A stretch of 64,000 bases of DNA, taken from positions 192,001 through 256,000 of the forward strand of contig CAVVKJ010000010.1 in the NCBI GenBank assembly GCA_963748815.1, in the 5' to 3' direction. Source of the stretch: an uncultured Gemmatimonadales bacterium (GTDB taxonomy: Bacteria > Gemmatimonadota > Gemmatimonadetes > Gemmatimonadales > GWC2-71-9). Positions 1 through 16,528 of this stretch are shown piece by piece. The notes under the pieces are model-generated. The model was not told where the DNA came from and did no database searches. It saw nothing but the letters and a program-made list of their open reading frames with translations. The translations under genes and the position numbers were made by a program. The number at the start of each line of letters is the position of its first letter. Position 1 is the stretch's first letter.

Positions 1-30
1 CCTGACCGGCCCGCTGACCGTGGCGGCACG

Positions 31-252
31 ATGAACCGCTCCGTGAGCCTGGCCGTCGGCGTCGCCCTCATCGTCCTCGGCGCGTTTGTCTTCTTCCGGG
101 GCGCCAACGTCTCCTCCCGGAAGGATGTGCTGACCGTGGGCGATGTGAAGCTCACCGCCCAGGAATCGCGTGCAGTCCCCCCGTGGGCGGCGGGGATCGC
201 CATCGCAGCCGGAGTCGTGCTGGTCGTGGCCGGCGCGCGGCAGCGGTCGTGA
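31..252 (+). CDS. Small two-TM membrane protein (DUF3185-like)
   Basis: 73 aa; two hydrophobic helices around a short loop (SRKDVLTVGDVKLTAQESRAVPPW). Confidence 0.65.
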   Translation: MNRSVSLAVGVALIVLGAFVFFRGANVSSRKDVLTVGDVKLTAQESRAVPPWAAGIAIAAGVVLVVAGARQRS

Positions 253-410
253 AACCAGCCAAGCAGGCCAAGAAGGCACTCCGGACGGCGCGGAAAGCGG
301 TGGCCCCTGCGGTGGAGCTGACGCGGAACGCGGCCCGCGAGGTCTTCAAGAAGGTCAAGGCGGCCCACAAGGCCTCCACGAAGGCCGTCAAGAAGGGGCT
401 CGCCTCGTGA
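249..410 (+). CDS. Small Lys/Ala-rich basic protein
   Basis: GTG at 249 overlaps the upstream TGA (GTGA); 53 aa VKPAKQAKKALRTARK...; codon usage is GC3-rich. Confidence 0.5.
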   Translation: MKPAKQAKKALRTARKAVAPAVELTRNAAREVFKKVKAAHKASTKAVKKGLAS

Positions 411-517
411 TCGAGGGACCAGAGTGGAACCTCGGGTGGACCTGGACGTCGGTCGTCCTCGGCATCCTCGCGGTGCTCTTCCTGGTTCCGGTGATCGGCA
501 AGCTGATCAAGAAGTAG
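407..517 (+). CDS. Very small single-TM protein
   Basis: GTGA overlap with the previous ORF; 36 aa with one TM helix and a KLIKK tail. Confidence 0.45.
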   Translation: MIEGPEWNLGWTWTSVVLGILAVLFLVPVIGKLIKK

Positions 518-551
518 TCTCTCAACGCGGACTCCGGTCCGGGAGTGTCTC

Positions 552-809
552 ATGGACATCGTCACCTGGCTGATCGTCGGCCTCATCGCTGGACTGCTCG
601 CGAGTTTCGCCATCGGAGGTGTGGGGTACGGCATTCTCGGCGATATCGTGGTCGGCATTGTCGGTGCGGTCATCGGCGGGTGGTTGTTCGACCGCCTGGA
701 CATCGCCGCCCCGTGGGGTGGCATGGCCGGCGTGATTTTCGTGGCGTTTATCGGCGCGGTGGTCCTGCTGCTCGGACTGCGTGCCATGCGTCCGATGCGA
801 TCGCGATAG
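552..809 (+). CDS. GlsB/YeaQ/YmgE family (transglycosylase-associated) membrane protein
   Basis: WLIVGLIAGLLA...GILGDIVVGIVGAVIGGWLF...AFIGAVVLL pattern; GGGAG RBS. Confidence 0.9.
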   Translation: MDIVTWLIVGLIAGLLASFAIGGVGYGILGDIVVGIVGAVIGGWLFDRLDIAAPWGGMAGVIFVAFIGAVVLLLGLRAMRPMRSR

Positions 810-868
810 ACAGCGCCGGCGGGTCCCGCCGGGCACACGCACAGCACTCATCTCGAAGGAACAGCCAC

Positions 869-1324
869 ATGACATCACGACGCACCACGCTGGCCCTGAG
901 CCTCCTGTTCGGCCTCATCTTTGCCGGAGCCGCCGAGGCGCAAGACCACTCGCTGCACCTCGGTCCCCGGCTGTCCTACCAGTTCGACGCCGAAGAGCTT
1001 GGTGTGGGTGCGCAGTTCAGCGTGCCGATCGCCAAGCAACTGGAGTTCTACCCGTCGATCGACGTCTTCTTCACGAGTCCCAGTTCGCTCTGGAGCTTCA
1101 ACATCGACCTGAAGTGGCGGGTCGCGCCGGCGTCGGTAAGCTGGCTCTACCTCGGCACCGGGCTCAACGTGATGGACGGCGCCGGGGATTCGAACGCGGG
1201 GCTCAACCTGTTCGGCGGCATCCAATCGGTCACGGGCCGGATTCATCCCTTCGCCGAAATGCGGTTCGTGGTGAGCGACAACTCCACTGCCCAGCTCGCC
1301 GCCGGCCTCAACTTCACGCTCTAG
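869..1324 (+). CDS. Outer-membrane beta-barrel protein
   Basis: AAGGA RBS then ATG 869; signal peptide ending AEA-Q; amphipathic beta strands; ends GLNFTL. Confidence 0.75.
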   Translation: MTSRRTTLALSLLFGLIFAGAAEAQDHSLHLGPRLSYQFDAEELGVGAQFSVPIAKQLEFYPSIDVFFTSPSSLWSFNIDLKWRVAPASVSWLYLGTGLNVMDGAGDSNAGLNLFGGIQSVTGRIHPFAEMRFVVSDNSTAQLAAGLNFTL

Positions 1325-1354
1325 ACCGGTGTCGACCCCGCGGGCGACCGCCTC

Positions 1355-2398
1355 ATGACGACGCCCGGACTGCGGATGCCGACGAGCTTGCTCGTCGGCA
1401 TCTTCCTCATCCTCCTGACCGCGGCGCTGCGCCTCGGCGCGGGCCTCCTGATTCCGATTGCCATTGCCGGGATGTTTGCGATGCTGCTGAACCCCGCCGT
1501 CCGCGGCCTGCGGCGGTGGGGCGTGCCGACCGCTGTCGGGGCCTTCCTGGTGGTGTTTGGGACGGTGGGGGGACTGACGGGCGGGGCGGTCATGGTCGCG
1601 GGCCCGGCATCCGCTTGGGCGGCGTCGGCGCCCGCGGCCCTGACCAAAGCCCAGCGGAAGATCCGGCGCATGCTTCGGCCGATTCAGGAGACGGCACTCC
1701 AGGTCGAAAAGGCGACGGAGCCCGCCCCGCAGGCCGGCGCCCCCACGGTGCAAATCAAGACGCCCAGTTTGCTCCAACGCCTCCGGGTGAGCACCACCAA
1801 CCTCGTCGTCTCGATCGTGACGGTGGTATTCCTGACCTATTTCCTGCTGGCGATGCTGCCGCGATTCCGGAACAAGCTGGCAGACCTGATCGGGGACGTG
1901 GCCGGGAAAGAGAACATGGCGTCGGTCCTGGGAGAAATCGAAACCCAGATGTCGCGGTATCTGCTCCTGAACACGGCGACCAGCGCCGGGGTCGGGATGG
2001 CGACCTGGGCGCTGCTTGCGGCGGCGGGGCTGCCCAATGCCATCACGTGGGGCGTCGTGACCTTCGTCTTCAGCTTCATTCCGTACCTCGGCCCCGTGAT
2101 GGCCACGGTCTTGATCGGGCTCGCCGCCCTGGTCGCGTTCACCGAGACGAGTCAGGCGCTCCTAATCTTCTTCGGCTGTGGCGCGATTCACATGATCGAG
2201 GGGAATTTCGTGACGCCCCACCTGATGGGACGGCACCTCCCCCTGAATCCCGTGGCCGTGTTCCTGTGTTTGCTCTTCTGGGGTTGGGCCTGGGGACCGA
2301 TCGGCGCCATCCTGGCGGTGCCGATCACGGTCAGTTTGCAGGTCGTCTTCCTGCGCGTGGAGCGACTGCGTCCGCTCGCGGTCATGCTCGATCGCTGA
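1355..2398 (+). CDS. AI-2E family transporter
   Basis: Multi-TM; FIPYLGP and EGNFVTPHLMGRHLPLNP...WGPIGAILAVP motifs. Confidence 0.9.
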   Translation: MTTPGLRMPTSLLVGIFLILLTAALRLGAGLLIPIAIAGMFAMLLNPAVRGLRRWGVPTAVGAFLVVFGTVGGLTGGAVMVAGPASAWAASAPAALTKAQRKIRRMLRPIQETALQVEKATEPAPQAGAPTVQIKTPSLLQRLRVSTTNLVVSIVTVVFLTYFLLAMLPRFRNKLADLIGDVAGKENMASVLGEIETQMSRYLLLNTATSAGVGMATWALLAAAGLPNAITWGVVTFVFSFIPYLGPVMATVLIGLAALVAFTETSQALLIFFGCGAIHMIEGNFVTPHLMGRHLPLNPVAVFLCLLFWGWAWGPIGAILAVPITVSLQVVFLRVERLRPLAVMLDR

Positions 2399-2431
2399 GC
2401 GGACGTCGTCGAGTCCGCGGTGACGGCGGGC

Positions 2432-3688
2432 CTACACAAACTGCGCCGTTTCCGTGCTTCCCTCCAGCGCCAGCGTCGAGCTCTGGCCCGCCGACACGAC
2501 CTGCGCCACTGCATCGAAGTACCCGGCTCCCACCTCGCGCTGGTGCTTGGTGGCGGTGTAGCCGTGCGCTTCCGACGCGAACTCGGCCTGCTGCAGCTCG
2601 GAGTACGCCGTCATGGCCCGCTCCCGGTAATCCCGCGCCAGCTCGAACATCGAGTGGTTGATCGAGTGGAAGCCGGCCAGGGTCACGAACTGGAACTTGT
2701 AGCCCATTGCGGCCAGTTCCCGCTGGAACCTGGCGATCGTCGGCTTGTCGAGGTGCTTCTCCCAGTTGAAGGACGGGCTGCAGTTGTAGGCCATCAGCTT
2801 GCCCGGGAACTTCGCGTGCACTCCCTCCGCAAACTGCCGCGCCTCCTCGAGGTCCGGCGTGCTCGTCTCGCACCAGAGCAGGTCGGCGTATGGCGCGTAC
2901 TCGATGGCCCGCGCAATCGCCATGTCCACCCCATTCTTGATGTGATAGAAGCCCTCCGGCGTCCGCGGCTCGTCCTTGATGAACGGATGGTCGCGCGGGT
3001 CGGCGTCGCTGGTGATCAGGGTGGCCGAGTCCGCGTCGGTGCGCGCGATGATGAGCGTCGGCACGTCGGACACGTCCGCGGCCAGCCGCGCCGCCACCAG
3101 CGTCCGGATGAACTGGCTGGTCGGTACCAGCACCTTGCCGCCGAGGTGGCCGCACTTCTTCTCCGAACTGAGCTGGTCCTCGAAGTGCACCCCGGCCGCC
3201 CCCGCCTCGATCATCCCCTTCATCAGCTCGAAGGCGTTGAGCGGGCCACCGAACCCCGCCTCGGCGTCCGCCACGATCGGCGCGAACCAGTGCGTCTTGC
3301 TCGGCTTCCCCTCGGCGCTCTCGATCTGGTCGGCTCGCTGCAGCGCGTTATTGATCCGCCGCACCACCATCGGCACCGAATGCGCCGGATAGAGGCTCTG
3401 GTCGGGGTACATCGAGCAGGCGTCGTTGGCGTCCGCCGCCACCTGCCAGCCTGAGCAGTAGATGGCCGGCAAGCCTGCCCGCACCTGCTGCATCGCCTGG
3501 TTGCCGGTCAGCGCCCCCAGCGACTGCACATACTCCGTGGTGTGCAGCAGGTCCCAGAGCCGCTCCGCGCCGAGTCGGGCCAGGGTGTGCTCCACCCGCA
3601 CGCTGCCGCGAAGACGGGTGACGTCGGCGGGAGTGTAAGGGCGCTTGATGCCTGCCCAGCGGTTGCCGTTGCCATTGGTCGAAGACAT
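2432..3688 (-). CDS. aceA: Isocitrate lyase
   Basis: Catalytic KKCGH motif, [22 protein letters not shown]. Confidence 0.97.
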   Translation of the reverse strand: MSSTNGNGNRWAGIKRPYTPADVTRLRGSVRVEHTLARLGAERLWDLLHTTEYVQSLGALTGNQAMQQVRAGLPAIYCSGWQVAADANDACSMYPDQSLYPAHSVPMVVRRINNALQRADQIESAEGKPSKTHWFAPIVADAEAGFGGPLNAFELMKGMIEAGAAGVHFEDQLSSEKKCGHLGGKVLVPTSQFIRTLVAARLAADVSDVPTLIIARTDADSATLITSDADPRDHPFIKDEPRTPEGFYHIKNGVDMAIARAIEYAPYADLLWCETSTPDLEEARQFAEGVHAKFPGKLMAYNCSPSFNWEKHLDKPTIARFQRELAAMGYKFQFVTLAGFHSINHSMFELARDYRERAMTAYSELQQAEFASEAHGYTATKHQREVGAGYFDAVAQVVSAGQSSTLALEGSTETAQFV

Positions 3689-3704
3689 GAGGGCTCTCAG
3701 TCGG

Positions 3705-5329
3705 TCAGGGGGTGTCGAGCATGGGATACGCCGGGAGCGTCAGGAATTCGACGAACACCCTGGCGGTGGACAGTTCTGTGAACAGGTCGCGCGCGTCGGG
3801 ATAGCGCGCCGCGGCGAAGCGCGACGCGCCAATCTCATTCTCGAGGCCGGCGTACTCCTCCGCCACCATTCGGCGGAATGCCGCGTCGGTGAGCGTGGCG
3901 GCCTTTCCATCGGCCATCGTGACATCCACTTCGTTGTGCAGCCACTGCCAGACCTGGGAGCGGCAGATCTCCGCCGTGGCGGCGTCCTCCATGAGGTCGT
4001 AGAGCGGCACGCAGCCGTTGCCTACCAGCCAGGCCGCCAGGTAGTGGATACCGACCCGGATGTTGTGCCGGAGCCCCGCCTCGGTGCGGGTGCCCTCGGG
4101 CACCGCGAGCAGGTCCGCCGCCGACACTTCGCACGTCCTCCCGCATGCACGTCGAGCTGGTTGCGCTTGGTGCCGAGGACGTTCGTGAACACCTCGAGCG
4201 CGATCGGGACCAGCCCCGGATGCGCCACCCAGGTGCCATCGTGCCCGTCTCCGGCCTCGCGTCGTTTGTCCGCGCGCACCTTCTCGAGCGCCGCTTCGTT
4301 CCGCGCGTCGTCGCCCTTGATCGGGATCTGGGCCGCCATCCCGCCCATCGCGAAAGCGCCTCGGCGGTGACAGGTCTTGATGAGCAGGGTGGTGTAGGAG
4401 CGCATGCAGTGCGCCGCCATCGTCACCTGCGCGCGGTCGGGGAGCACGCGCCCCGGGACCGCCTTGAGCGTCTTGATGACGGAGAAGATGTAGTCCCAGC
4501 GGCCGCAGTTGAGTCCCACGATGTGGTCGCGCAGCTCGTACAGGATCTCGTCCATCTCGAACGCCGCCGGCAGCGTCTCGATGAGAATGGTCGCCTTTGC
4601 CGTCCCGACCGGCAGGCCGAGCTTCGTCTCGGCGTGGGTCATGACCTCGTTCCACCACCGCGCCTCGAGATGCCCCTGCAGCTTCGGCAGGTAGTAGTAG
4701 GGGCCCGTCTTCCTCGCGAGCAGCTCCGCCGCGTTGTGGAAGAGGTAGAGCCCGAAGTCCACCAGTGGCGCCGGGGCAGGGGAGCCGTCGACCAGCAGGT
4801 GCCGCTCCTCGAGGTGCAGGCCGCGGGGCCGCACCAGCAGCACGGCAATCTTCTTGTCCAGGCGATAGGACTTGCCGCTGGTTGGGTCGACGTAGTCGAT
4901 CTTCCGCCGCACCGCGTCCATCAGGTTCGCCTGGCCGGAAATCACGTTCTCCCAGGTCGGCGCCAGCGAATCCTCGAAGTCGGCCATGAATACCTGCGCG
5001 CCGGAGTTGAGCGCGTTGATGACCATCTTGCGGTCCACCGGCCCGGTGATCTCCACCCGGCGGTCGAGCAGGTCGGCCGGAATCGGGGCCACCTTCCAGT
5101 TGCCCGCGCGGACCTCCGCCGTCTCCTCCAGGAAGTCGAGCGTCTCGGCGCCGGCATCCAGACGTGCCTGCCGCGCGGCGCGCGATGCCAGCAGCTCCTT
5201 GAGCGGAGCCCGAAAACGGCGGGTCAGCTCTTCAATGAACTCCAGCGCCTCAGGGGTGAGGACGCGATCGAGATCGGCGGGCGCGTGCGCGGCCTGCAGG
5301 GCCATATCGCGGGCTCCGGTAAGAGTCAC
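3705..5329 (-). CDS. aceB: Malate synthase A (reading frame broken near 4130-4150, probably sequencing error)
   Basis: [26 protein letters not shown] in 4022..5329; C-terminal [10 protein letters not shown] and FLTLPAY in 3705..4658. Confidence 0.93.
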
Positions 5330-5559
5330 TCAATAGTGGTATTGGACAGCCGAGGAGACCGTGGGTTTCTCGTGAAAATCCCGTTCGGTCTCCATATGTA
5401 GGAGAGGGGGCAAGAACCGGGCTTGTGGGGGAGGTAGATACAGCGATGGTAAGATCAAATAACCACAAATAGTTACAGAGATCCATCCACCGGGGCTGTT
5501 GCACAGAAGAAACGATTGAATTCAGTCCGATCGCGACATCGCCTGGTCCGCAAAGACCA

Positions 5560-5586
5560 TGGACCCCGGCTCTCGCCGGGGTGACG
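5560..5586. repeat. REP-like palindrome (CGTC-tagged half element)
   Basis: TGGACCCCGGCTCTCGCCGGGGTGACG is the reverse complement of the CGTCACCCCGGCGAAAGCCGGGGTCCA unit with one mismatch. Confidence 0.8.
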
Positions 5587-5596
5587 ACTTGTGCAG

Positions 5597-6664
5597 TTAC
5601 TGCCCCGCGGCTCCGCTGCCCCGCTGCCCCGCCAGTTGCCCACATGCTGCCTTGATGTCGAGTCCTCTGCTCCGCCGCACCACCGCCTCGACCCCGCGCG
5701 CCTGCAGTCGCCCCGCAAACAACTTGATCTTGTTCGACGGGGTCGGCTCCAGCCCCGGCGCTCCGCCCGGGTGCAGCGGCAGCAGGTTCACCAGCGCCCC
5801 ATGCCTGTTCGCCAGCGCAGCGAGCGCATCGGCGTCCTGGTCGCTGTCGTTCTTCCCGGCAATCATCACGTACTCGAAGGTGATCCGCTTCCGGAACGCC
5901 GTCGCCGCGGCCAGCACCGCCTCGAGGTCGTACTTCTTCTCGATCGGCATGATGGCCAGCCGCCGCTCCGCCGTCGGCGCATGCAGCGAGATGGCCAGCC
6001 GGAACTGTTCCGGCCTCGCCGCGAGCTGCTTCATGCCGGGAATGATGCCGACGGTGCTCACCGTGATATGCCGGGCGCCGATGCCCAGCCCTTCGGGATG
6101 GTTGAGAATGCTGAGGGAGACATCCACACCCGGCCAGTTGAGCAGCGGCTCCCCCATCCCCATGAAGACGATGTTGCTCGGCTTGTCGGTCGGGTCGCGC
6201 AGCATCACCTCGCGGACCTGCCCGGCAATCTCAAACGGGCTCAGGTTCCGACGGAACCCCATCAGTCCCGTTGCGCAGAAGACACAACCGAGCGCGCAGC
6301 CGGCCTGCGAGGAAATGCAGAGGGTGCGGCGGCTGCCGGAGGGAATCAGCACCGACTCCACCGCCTCGCCGTCGTCGAGCCGCCAGAGGAACTTCCGGGT
6401 GCCGTCCTGGGAAAGCTCGGACAACTCCTCCTTGAGGCGGCGGAGCGGGAGCGCCGCATCCAGTTCGGCGCGCAGGGGGGCGGGCAGCTCGGTCGCCTCG
6501 CTCCACGCCGCGATCGGCTGGACCCAGAGGCGCCGGTGGAGCTGCTCGGTGCGGTAGCGCGGGAGGCCTCGTCCCTCGACCCACTTCGCGAGGCGTTCGC
6601 GCGCGGCGTCGGGGGTGAGGTCGAGAATCGAATCTGCGGGCGGAGCGACGCGAGGAGATGCCAT
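5597..6664 (-). CDS. rlmN: 23S rRNA m2A2503 / tRNA radical-SAM methyltransferase
   Basis: CISSQAGCALGCVFCATG (CxxxCxxC), FMGMGEP, DIKAACGQL; ATG at 6664. Confidence 0.95.
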   Translation of the reverse strand: MASPRVAPPADSILDLTPDAARERLAKWVEGRGLPRYRTEQLHRRLWVQPIAAWSEATELPAPLRAELDAALPLRRLKEELSELSQDGTRKFLWRLDDGEAVESVLIPSGSRRTLCISSQAGCALGCVFCATGLMGFRRNLSPFEIAGQVREVMLRDPTDKPSNIVFMGMGEPLLNWPGVDVSLSILNHPEGLGIGARHITVSTVGIIPGMKQLAARPEQFRLAISLHAPTAERRLAIMPIEKKYDLEAVLAAATAFRKRITFEYVMIAGKNDSDQDADALAALANRHGALVNLLPLHPGGAPGLEPTPSNKIKLFAGRLQARGVEAVVRRSRGLDIKAACGQLAGQRGSGAAGQ

Positions 6665-6757
6665 GGGGCAAAGATAGTCCTGCTGTCCTTGCGAGGCGTC
6701 CCCGCACGGGGCCGCCGAAGCAATCACTGGCCACCTAAGCCCTTTTGTTTGAATTAC

Positions 6758-6786
6758 TTGCCCCTCCCCCGGGCGGCGGTTACGTT
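6758..6786 (+). promoter_or_regulatory. Putative sigma70 promoter of the aspS operon
   Basis: TTGCCC-N17-TACGTT, ending 53 bp upstream of the aspS ATG. Confidence 0.45.
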
Positions 6787-6839
6787 TCCCGTAGCCGCGG
6801 CTTTCGGCCGCCCTCCCGACTCCGCAAGGAAATCGCCGC

Positions 6840-9570
<2,731 letters not shown>

Positions 9571-9585
9571 GGGTGGACGGGCAGC

Positions 9586-10011
9586 GTGGCCGCGGCCGCT
9601 GAGGTGACGGTGCACGGGCGCGTGATCCCGGTGCCGGCCGCCGCCGTGCGCCGGGCGGTGCGCACGGTGCTCACCGGGGAGCGCCGCCACGCCGCGGTGT
9701 CGGTCACCTTCCTCGGGCGCGAGGCGATGCGCCAGATGAACCTCCGGCACAAGGGGCACGACTTCCCGACCGACGTGATCAGTTTCGCCCTCCCCGATCC
9801 GCGCGGCGGACTGCTCGGCGATCTCTACATCTGCCGCTGGCAGGCGGAGCGCGAGGCCCGCCGTCGCGGGCTGCCGGTGCGCGAGGAACTGCTCCGGCTG
9901 GTCGTGCACGGCACGCTGCACATCCTCGGGTGGGATCACGACGACGGCGCCGGCCGGGAAGCATCCGCGATGTGGGTCCGGCAAGAGCGCTACCTCCGGA
10001 AGATCGCGTGA
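9586..10011 (+). CDS. ybeY: rRNA maturation RNase YbeY
   Basis: PTDVISF and HGTLHILGWDH zinc motif; follows phoH. Confidence 0.93.
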   Translation: MAAAAEVTVHGRVIPVPAAAVRRAVRTVLTGERRHAAVSVTFLGREAMRQMNLRHKGHDFPTDVISFALPDPRGGLLGDLYICRWQAEREARRRGLPVREELLRLVVHGTLHILGWDHDDGAGREASAMWVRQERYLRKIA

Positions 10012-11179
10012 GCGCCTTCTTCCACGGCCTCCTCTCTCCGGCGGCGCTGGTCGGCTTCACCTTCTGGGCGGCGTGGCTCGCCCTCGCCGCGGAGTCGGAA
10101 GGCGACCTGCCCCGGGCCGACGGCGACGCGGCCCTGCCGCTCGCCCGACGTCTCCACATCGCGCACCTCGCGTTGCTCGTCATCGCGGGCGCCGCGGCCG
10201 CGACCTCCGTCGTCTGGTGGGCGTGGCCCCCGCTCCGGGGCGGCCTCTATCTCGCGCTGGCGGTGACGGTGGTGTGGGTGGTCGGCGACCTCCTGCCCCG
10301 GCTCCTCGCCGCCATCGCGCCGGATCTCGCCCGGCTGGTGCGTCCGGGCGCGGCGCGGTCGCTCGCCCTCTTTCGTCCCCTCTTCCACCTGGTGACCCTG
10401 GTCGACCAGCGCGGCATGCGACAGAGCCTCGCCCCGTCGCGCCCGGGGGCGCGGACCCCGCGCGACGCGATGATCGGCGTCTTCTCTCTCGCCGACATGA
10501 CCGTCGCCGAGGTGATGACGCCGCGGATCGACATCGTCGCCGTGGACGTCGCGGACTCGCGGGAAGAGGTGGTGTCCACGCTCAGCCGCGCCGAACACGC
10601 GCGGCTCCCGGTCTTCGAGGGACAGCCCGACGCCGTGGCGGGGGTCGTCTACGCCAAGGACATGCTGGCGCATCTCGACGACGACGCGACCGCCGCGCGG
10701 TGGACCGCGCTGATCCGCCCGGTGCCGTTCGTCCCCGAGGGCAAGACCCTCGACCGCCAGCTCCGCGACTTCCAGCGGGGTCCCAGCCACCTCGCGGTGG
10801 TGGTGGACGAGTTCGGCGGCACGGCGGGGCTCATCACCCTCGAGGACATTCTCGAGCAGGTGGTCGGCGAAATCCACGACGAGTACGACGTCGATGAAGT
10901 GGACCCGGTCGTCGCCGTGGAGGGAAACGCCTTCCGCGTCCTCGGCGGGGTGGCGCTCACCGAGCTCGAGGCCCTCTTCCACCAGGACCTCGGCCACGAG
11001 GATGTGAGCACCGTCGGCGGCCTGGTCCTGGCCCAGCTCGGCCGGGTCCCGCGCGCCGGCGACCAGGTCCGGGTCGGGGAACTCGTGCTGCAGGTGGAAC
11101 AGGTCAGCCGTCGACGCGTACGCCGGGTGCTGGCGCGGCGGGTGCAGGTCGACGACGATCCTGCGCCGGGGGAGGCGGC

Positions 11180-11183
<4 letters not shown>
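10008..11183 (+). CDS. HlyC/CorC family protein (TM region + CBS pair + CorC domain)
   Basis: VMTPRIDI, HARLPV, VVDEFGGTAGLITLEDILEQVVGEIHDEYD. Confidence 0.9.
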
Positions 11184-13717
<2,534 letters not shown>

Positions 13718-13752
13718 CTTGCCCCGGTTCCTCTTCCGGGTGACTTTCCATC

Positions 13753-14796
13753 ATGGATCGTGACGCCCTGCTCGCCGGTCTCCGCGCGCGCCAACCCGCC
13801 GCCCTGGCACGCGCCATTTCGGTGGTCGAAAACGGCCGGGAGGGGTTCGAGCCGCTCCTCAGCGCGCTGCATCCGCAGCCTCGGCCGGGCCCACCGGATC
13901 GGCATCACCGGGCCGCCGGGCGCCGGCAAGTCCACGCTGACCGAACGGCTCGTCGCCGCGCTGCGGGCCCAGGGGCACACGGTGGCGGTGGTGGCGGTGG
14001 ACCCGACCAGCCCCTTCTCCGGCGGCGCCCTGCTCGGCGACCGGATCCGGATGGAGAGCATCGCGCTCGATCCGGGGGTGTTCATCCGCTCGATGGCGAC
14101 ACGCGGCTCGCTCGGCGGCCTCGCCACCTCGACACGCGAGGTGTGCGACGTCCTCGACGCGGCCGGCTTCGACCGGATCCTGGTGGAGACGGTGGGCGTC
14201 GGGCAGTCGGAGCTGGCCGTGTCACGCATGGCGGACACCAGCCTGCTGCTGCTGGTGCCCGAGTCGGGCGACGGCATCCAGACGCTCAAGTCGGGCGTGA
14301 TGGAGGTCGGCCGACCTCTTCGTGGTGAACAAGGCGGACCGGCCGGGGCGCCGACAAGCTGCGGCAGGAAATCGAGATCACCCTCGGCATTCGCCGCGGC
14401 AACGCCTTCCGCCACGTCCCGGCCCACCACGGCTTCAAGGCGCGCGCCAAGGCGGAGGCCGCTGCCGACGCGGCCGAGTCGGGCGAGGCGTGGAAGCACC
14501 CTGTCCTGGCCACGATCGCGGCGAAGGGCGAGGGGGTGGGCGAGGTGGTGGAGGCGCTCGAAGCCCATCGCGCCTGGCTCGAGGCCTCCGGAACGATGCG
14601 GGAACGCCGCCGCCGCCGGCTCGAGGAGCGCACCCGGGAAGTGGTGGACCGCGCGCTGGTCCGCTGGGTCTGGGACGAGACCGCCGCGGAGCAGTCCATC
14701 CGCGATCGGCTGGACGACCTCGAGACGGGGCAGGTGAGCCCGTACGAGCTGGCGGCACAGATACTGGACGCCCTCAAGCAGGGAGCACGCCCATGA
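13753..14796 (+). CDS. meaB: MeaB/ArgK GTPase chaperone of B12 mutase (several frameshifts)
   Basis: LARAISVVEN, GITGPPGAGKST, VDPTSPFSGGALLGDRIRM, ETVGVGQSE, VNKAD. Confidence 0.9.
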
Positions 14797-16500
14797 GTTC
14801 ATCCGAGACGAACGGCTCACCCGACCGCCTGGCCGCCCAGGAGCGCGAACTCGCCGCGCCTCCGTTCCGAGGTCGCGGCCTGGCGCGAACGCTTTGCCAG
14901 GCTGCCGAAGCGCGACGACACCGATTTCACCTCGGTGTCCGGCCGCAGCGTGGATCCGGTGTACACCCCGCTCGACCTCGCACCGGACCTGCTCGGCCAG
15001 GGCATTCTGCCGGGGCAGTACCCCTACACCCGCGGCATCCACCCCAGCGGCGTACCGCGGCAAGCTCTGGACCATGCGGCAGTTCGCCGGCTTCGGCACG
15101 GCCCAGGACACCAACGAGCGCTACAAGTTCCTGCTCTCGCGCGGGCAGACCGGCCTCTCGGTGGCCTTCGACTTCCCGACGCTGATGGGGTACGACGGCG
15201 ACCACCCGCGCTCGGAGGGGGAGGTCGGCAAGTGCGGCGTGGCCATCTCGTCGCTGGCGGACATGGAGACGCTCTTCGACGGGATTCCGCTCGACCAGGT
15301 CTCCACCTCGATGACCATCAACGGCCCCGCGGCGATCATCTTCTGCTTCTACGTGGCCGCCGCGGAGAAGCAGGGGGTGTCCGATCGAGCAGCTGCAGGG
15401 GACGATCCAGAACGACATCCTCAAGGAGTACATGGCGCAGCACGCCTGGATCTTCCCGGCGGAACCGGCGCTCAAGGTCATCGTCGACATGTTCGAGTGG
15501 GCGGCGGAACACACGCCGAAGTGGAACACCATCTCCATCTCCGGGCTATCACATCCGGGAGGCGGGGGCCACGGCGGTGCAGGAGCTGGCGTTCACGCTG
15601 GCCAACGGCTTCTGCTACGTCGAACACGGGATCGCAGCGCGGGCTCGACGTGGACACCTTTGCGCCCCGGCTGTCGTTCTTCTGGGACGTGCACAACGAT
15701 TTCTTCGAGGAAATCGCCAAGATGCGGGCCGCCCGCCGGATCTGGGCCCGCCACCTGCGCGAGCGCTACGGGCCCGCGACCCGCGCAGCTGGATCATGCG
15801 GTTCCACTGCCAGACGGCCGGCGTCACGCTGACGGCGCAGCAGCCGCTCAACAACGTCGTCCGGGTGGCCTACCAGGCGATGGCCGCCGTCCTCGGCGGC
15901 ACCCAGTCGCTGCACACCAACGCCTTCGACGAGACGCTGGCGCTTCCCACCGAGGAGTCGGTGCGGATCGCCCTGCGCACCCAGCAGATCCTCGCCTACG
16001 AGACCGGCGTGCCGAACGTGACCGATCCGCTGGGCGGCAGCTATTACGTCGAGGCGCTGACCGACCAGCTGGAGCGGGAGGCGGAGGCCATCTTCGCGGA
16101 GATCGACGCGCAGGGCGGCGTGGTCAAGGCGATCGAGGCGGGGTGGTCGCAGCGGCAAATCGCGCGCGCCGCGGCGCGGTTCCAGCACGAAGTGGAGCAG
16201 CACCAGCGCACCATCGTCGGCGTCAACGAGTTTGTCGAGGACGACGAGACGGCGGTGGAAATCCTGAAGATCGGCGACGAGGCGGAGGCGTCCCAGCGGG
16301 AGCGGCTCGCCCGGCTGCGCGCCACCCGCGACCAGGCGCTCGTGGACCAGCGACTCGAGGCGCTGCGCCAGGCCGCCGCCGAGGACCGAAACGTGATGCC
16401 CGCCATGCTGGATTGCGCGCGGGCCTATTGCACTCTCTTTGAAATCCGCCACGTGCTCGAAGGGGTCTTCGGAACCTACCGGGAACCGGTGTTCTTCTGA
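14793..16500 (+). CDS. B12-dependent acyl-CoA mutase, large (substrate-binding) subunit, isobutyryl-CoA-mutase-like (several frameshifts)
   Basis: [70 protein letters not shown]. Confidence 0.9.
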
Positions 16501-16528
16501 CCCCTCGGCCGATGGCCAGGAGGAAGTC

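Noticed and set aside
5364..5379. parS-like sequence GGTTTCTCGTGAAAAT
   Set aside because: Four mismatches to TGTTTCACGTGAAACA, single copy, and no par or ori genes nearby
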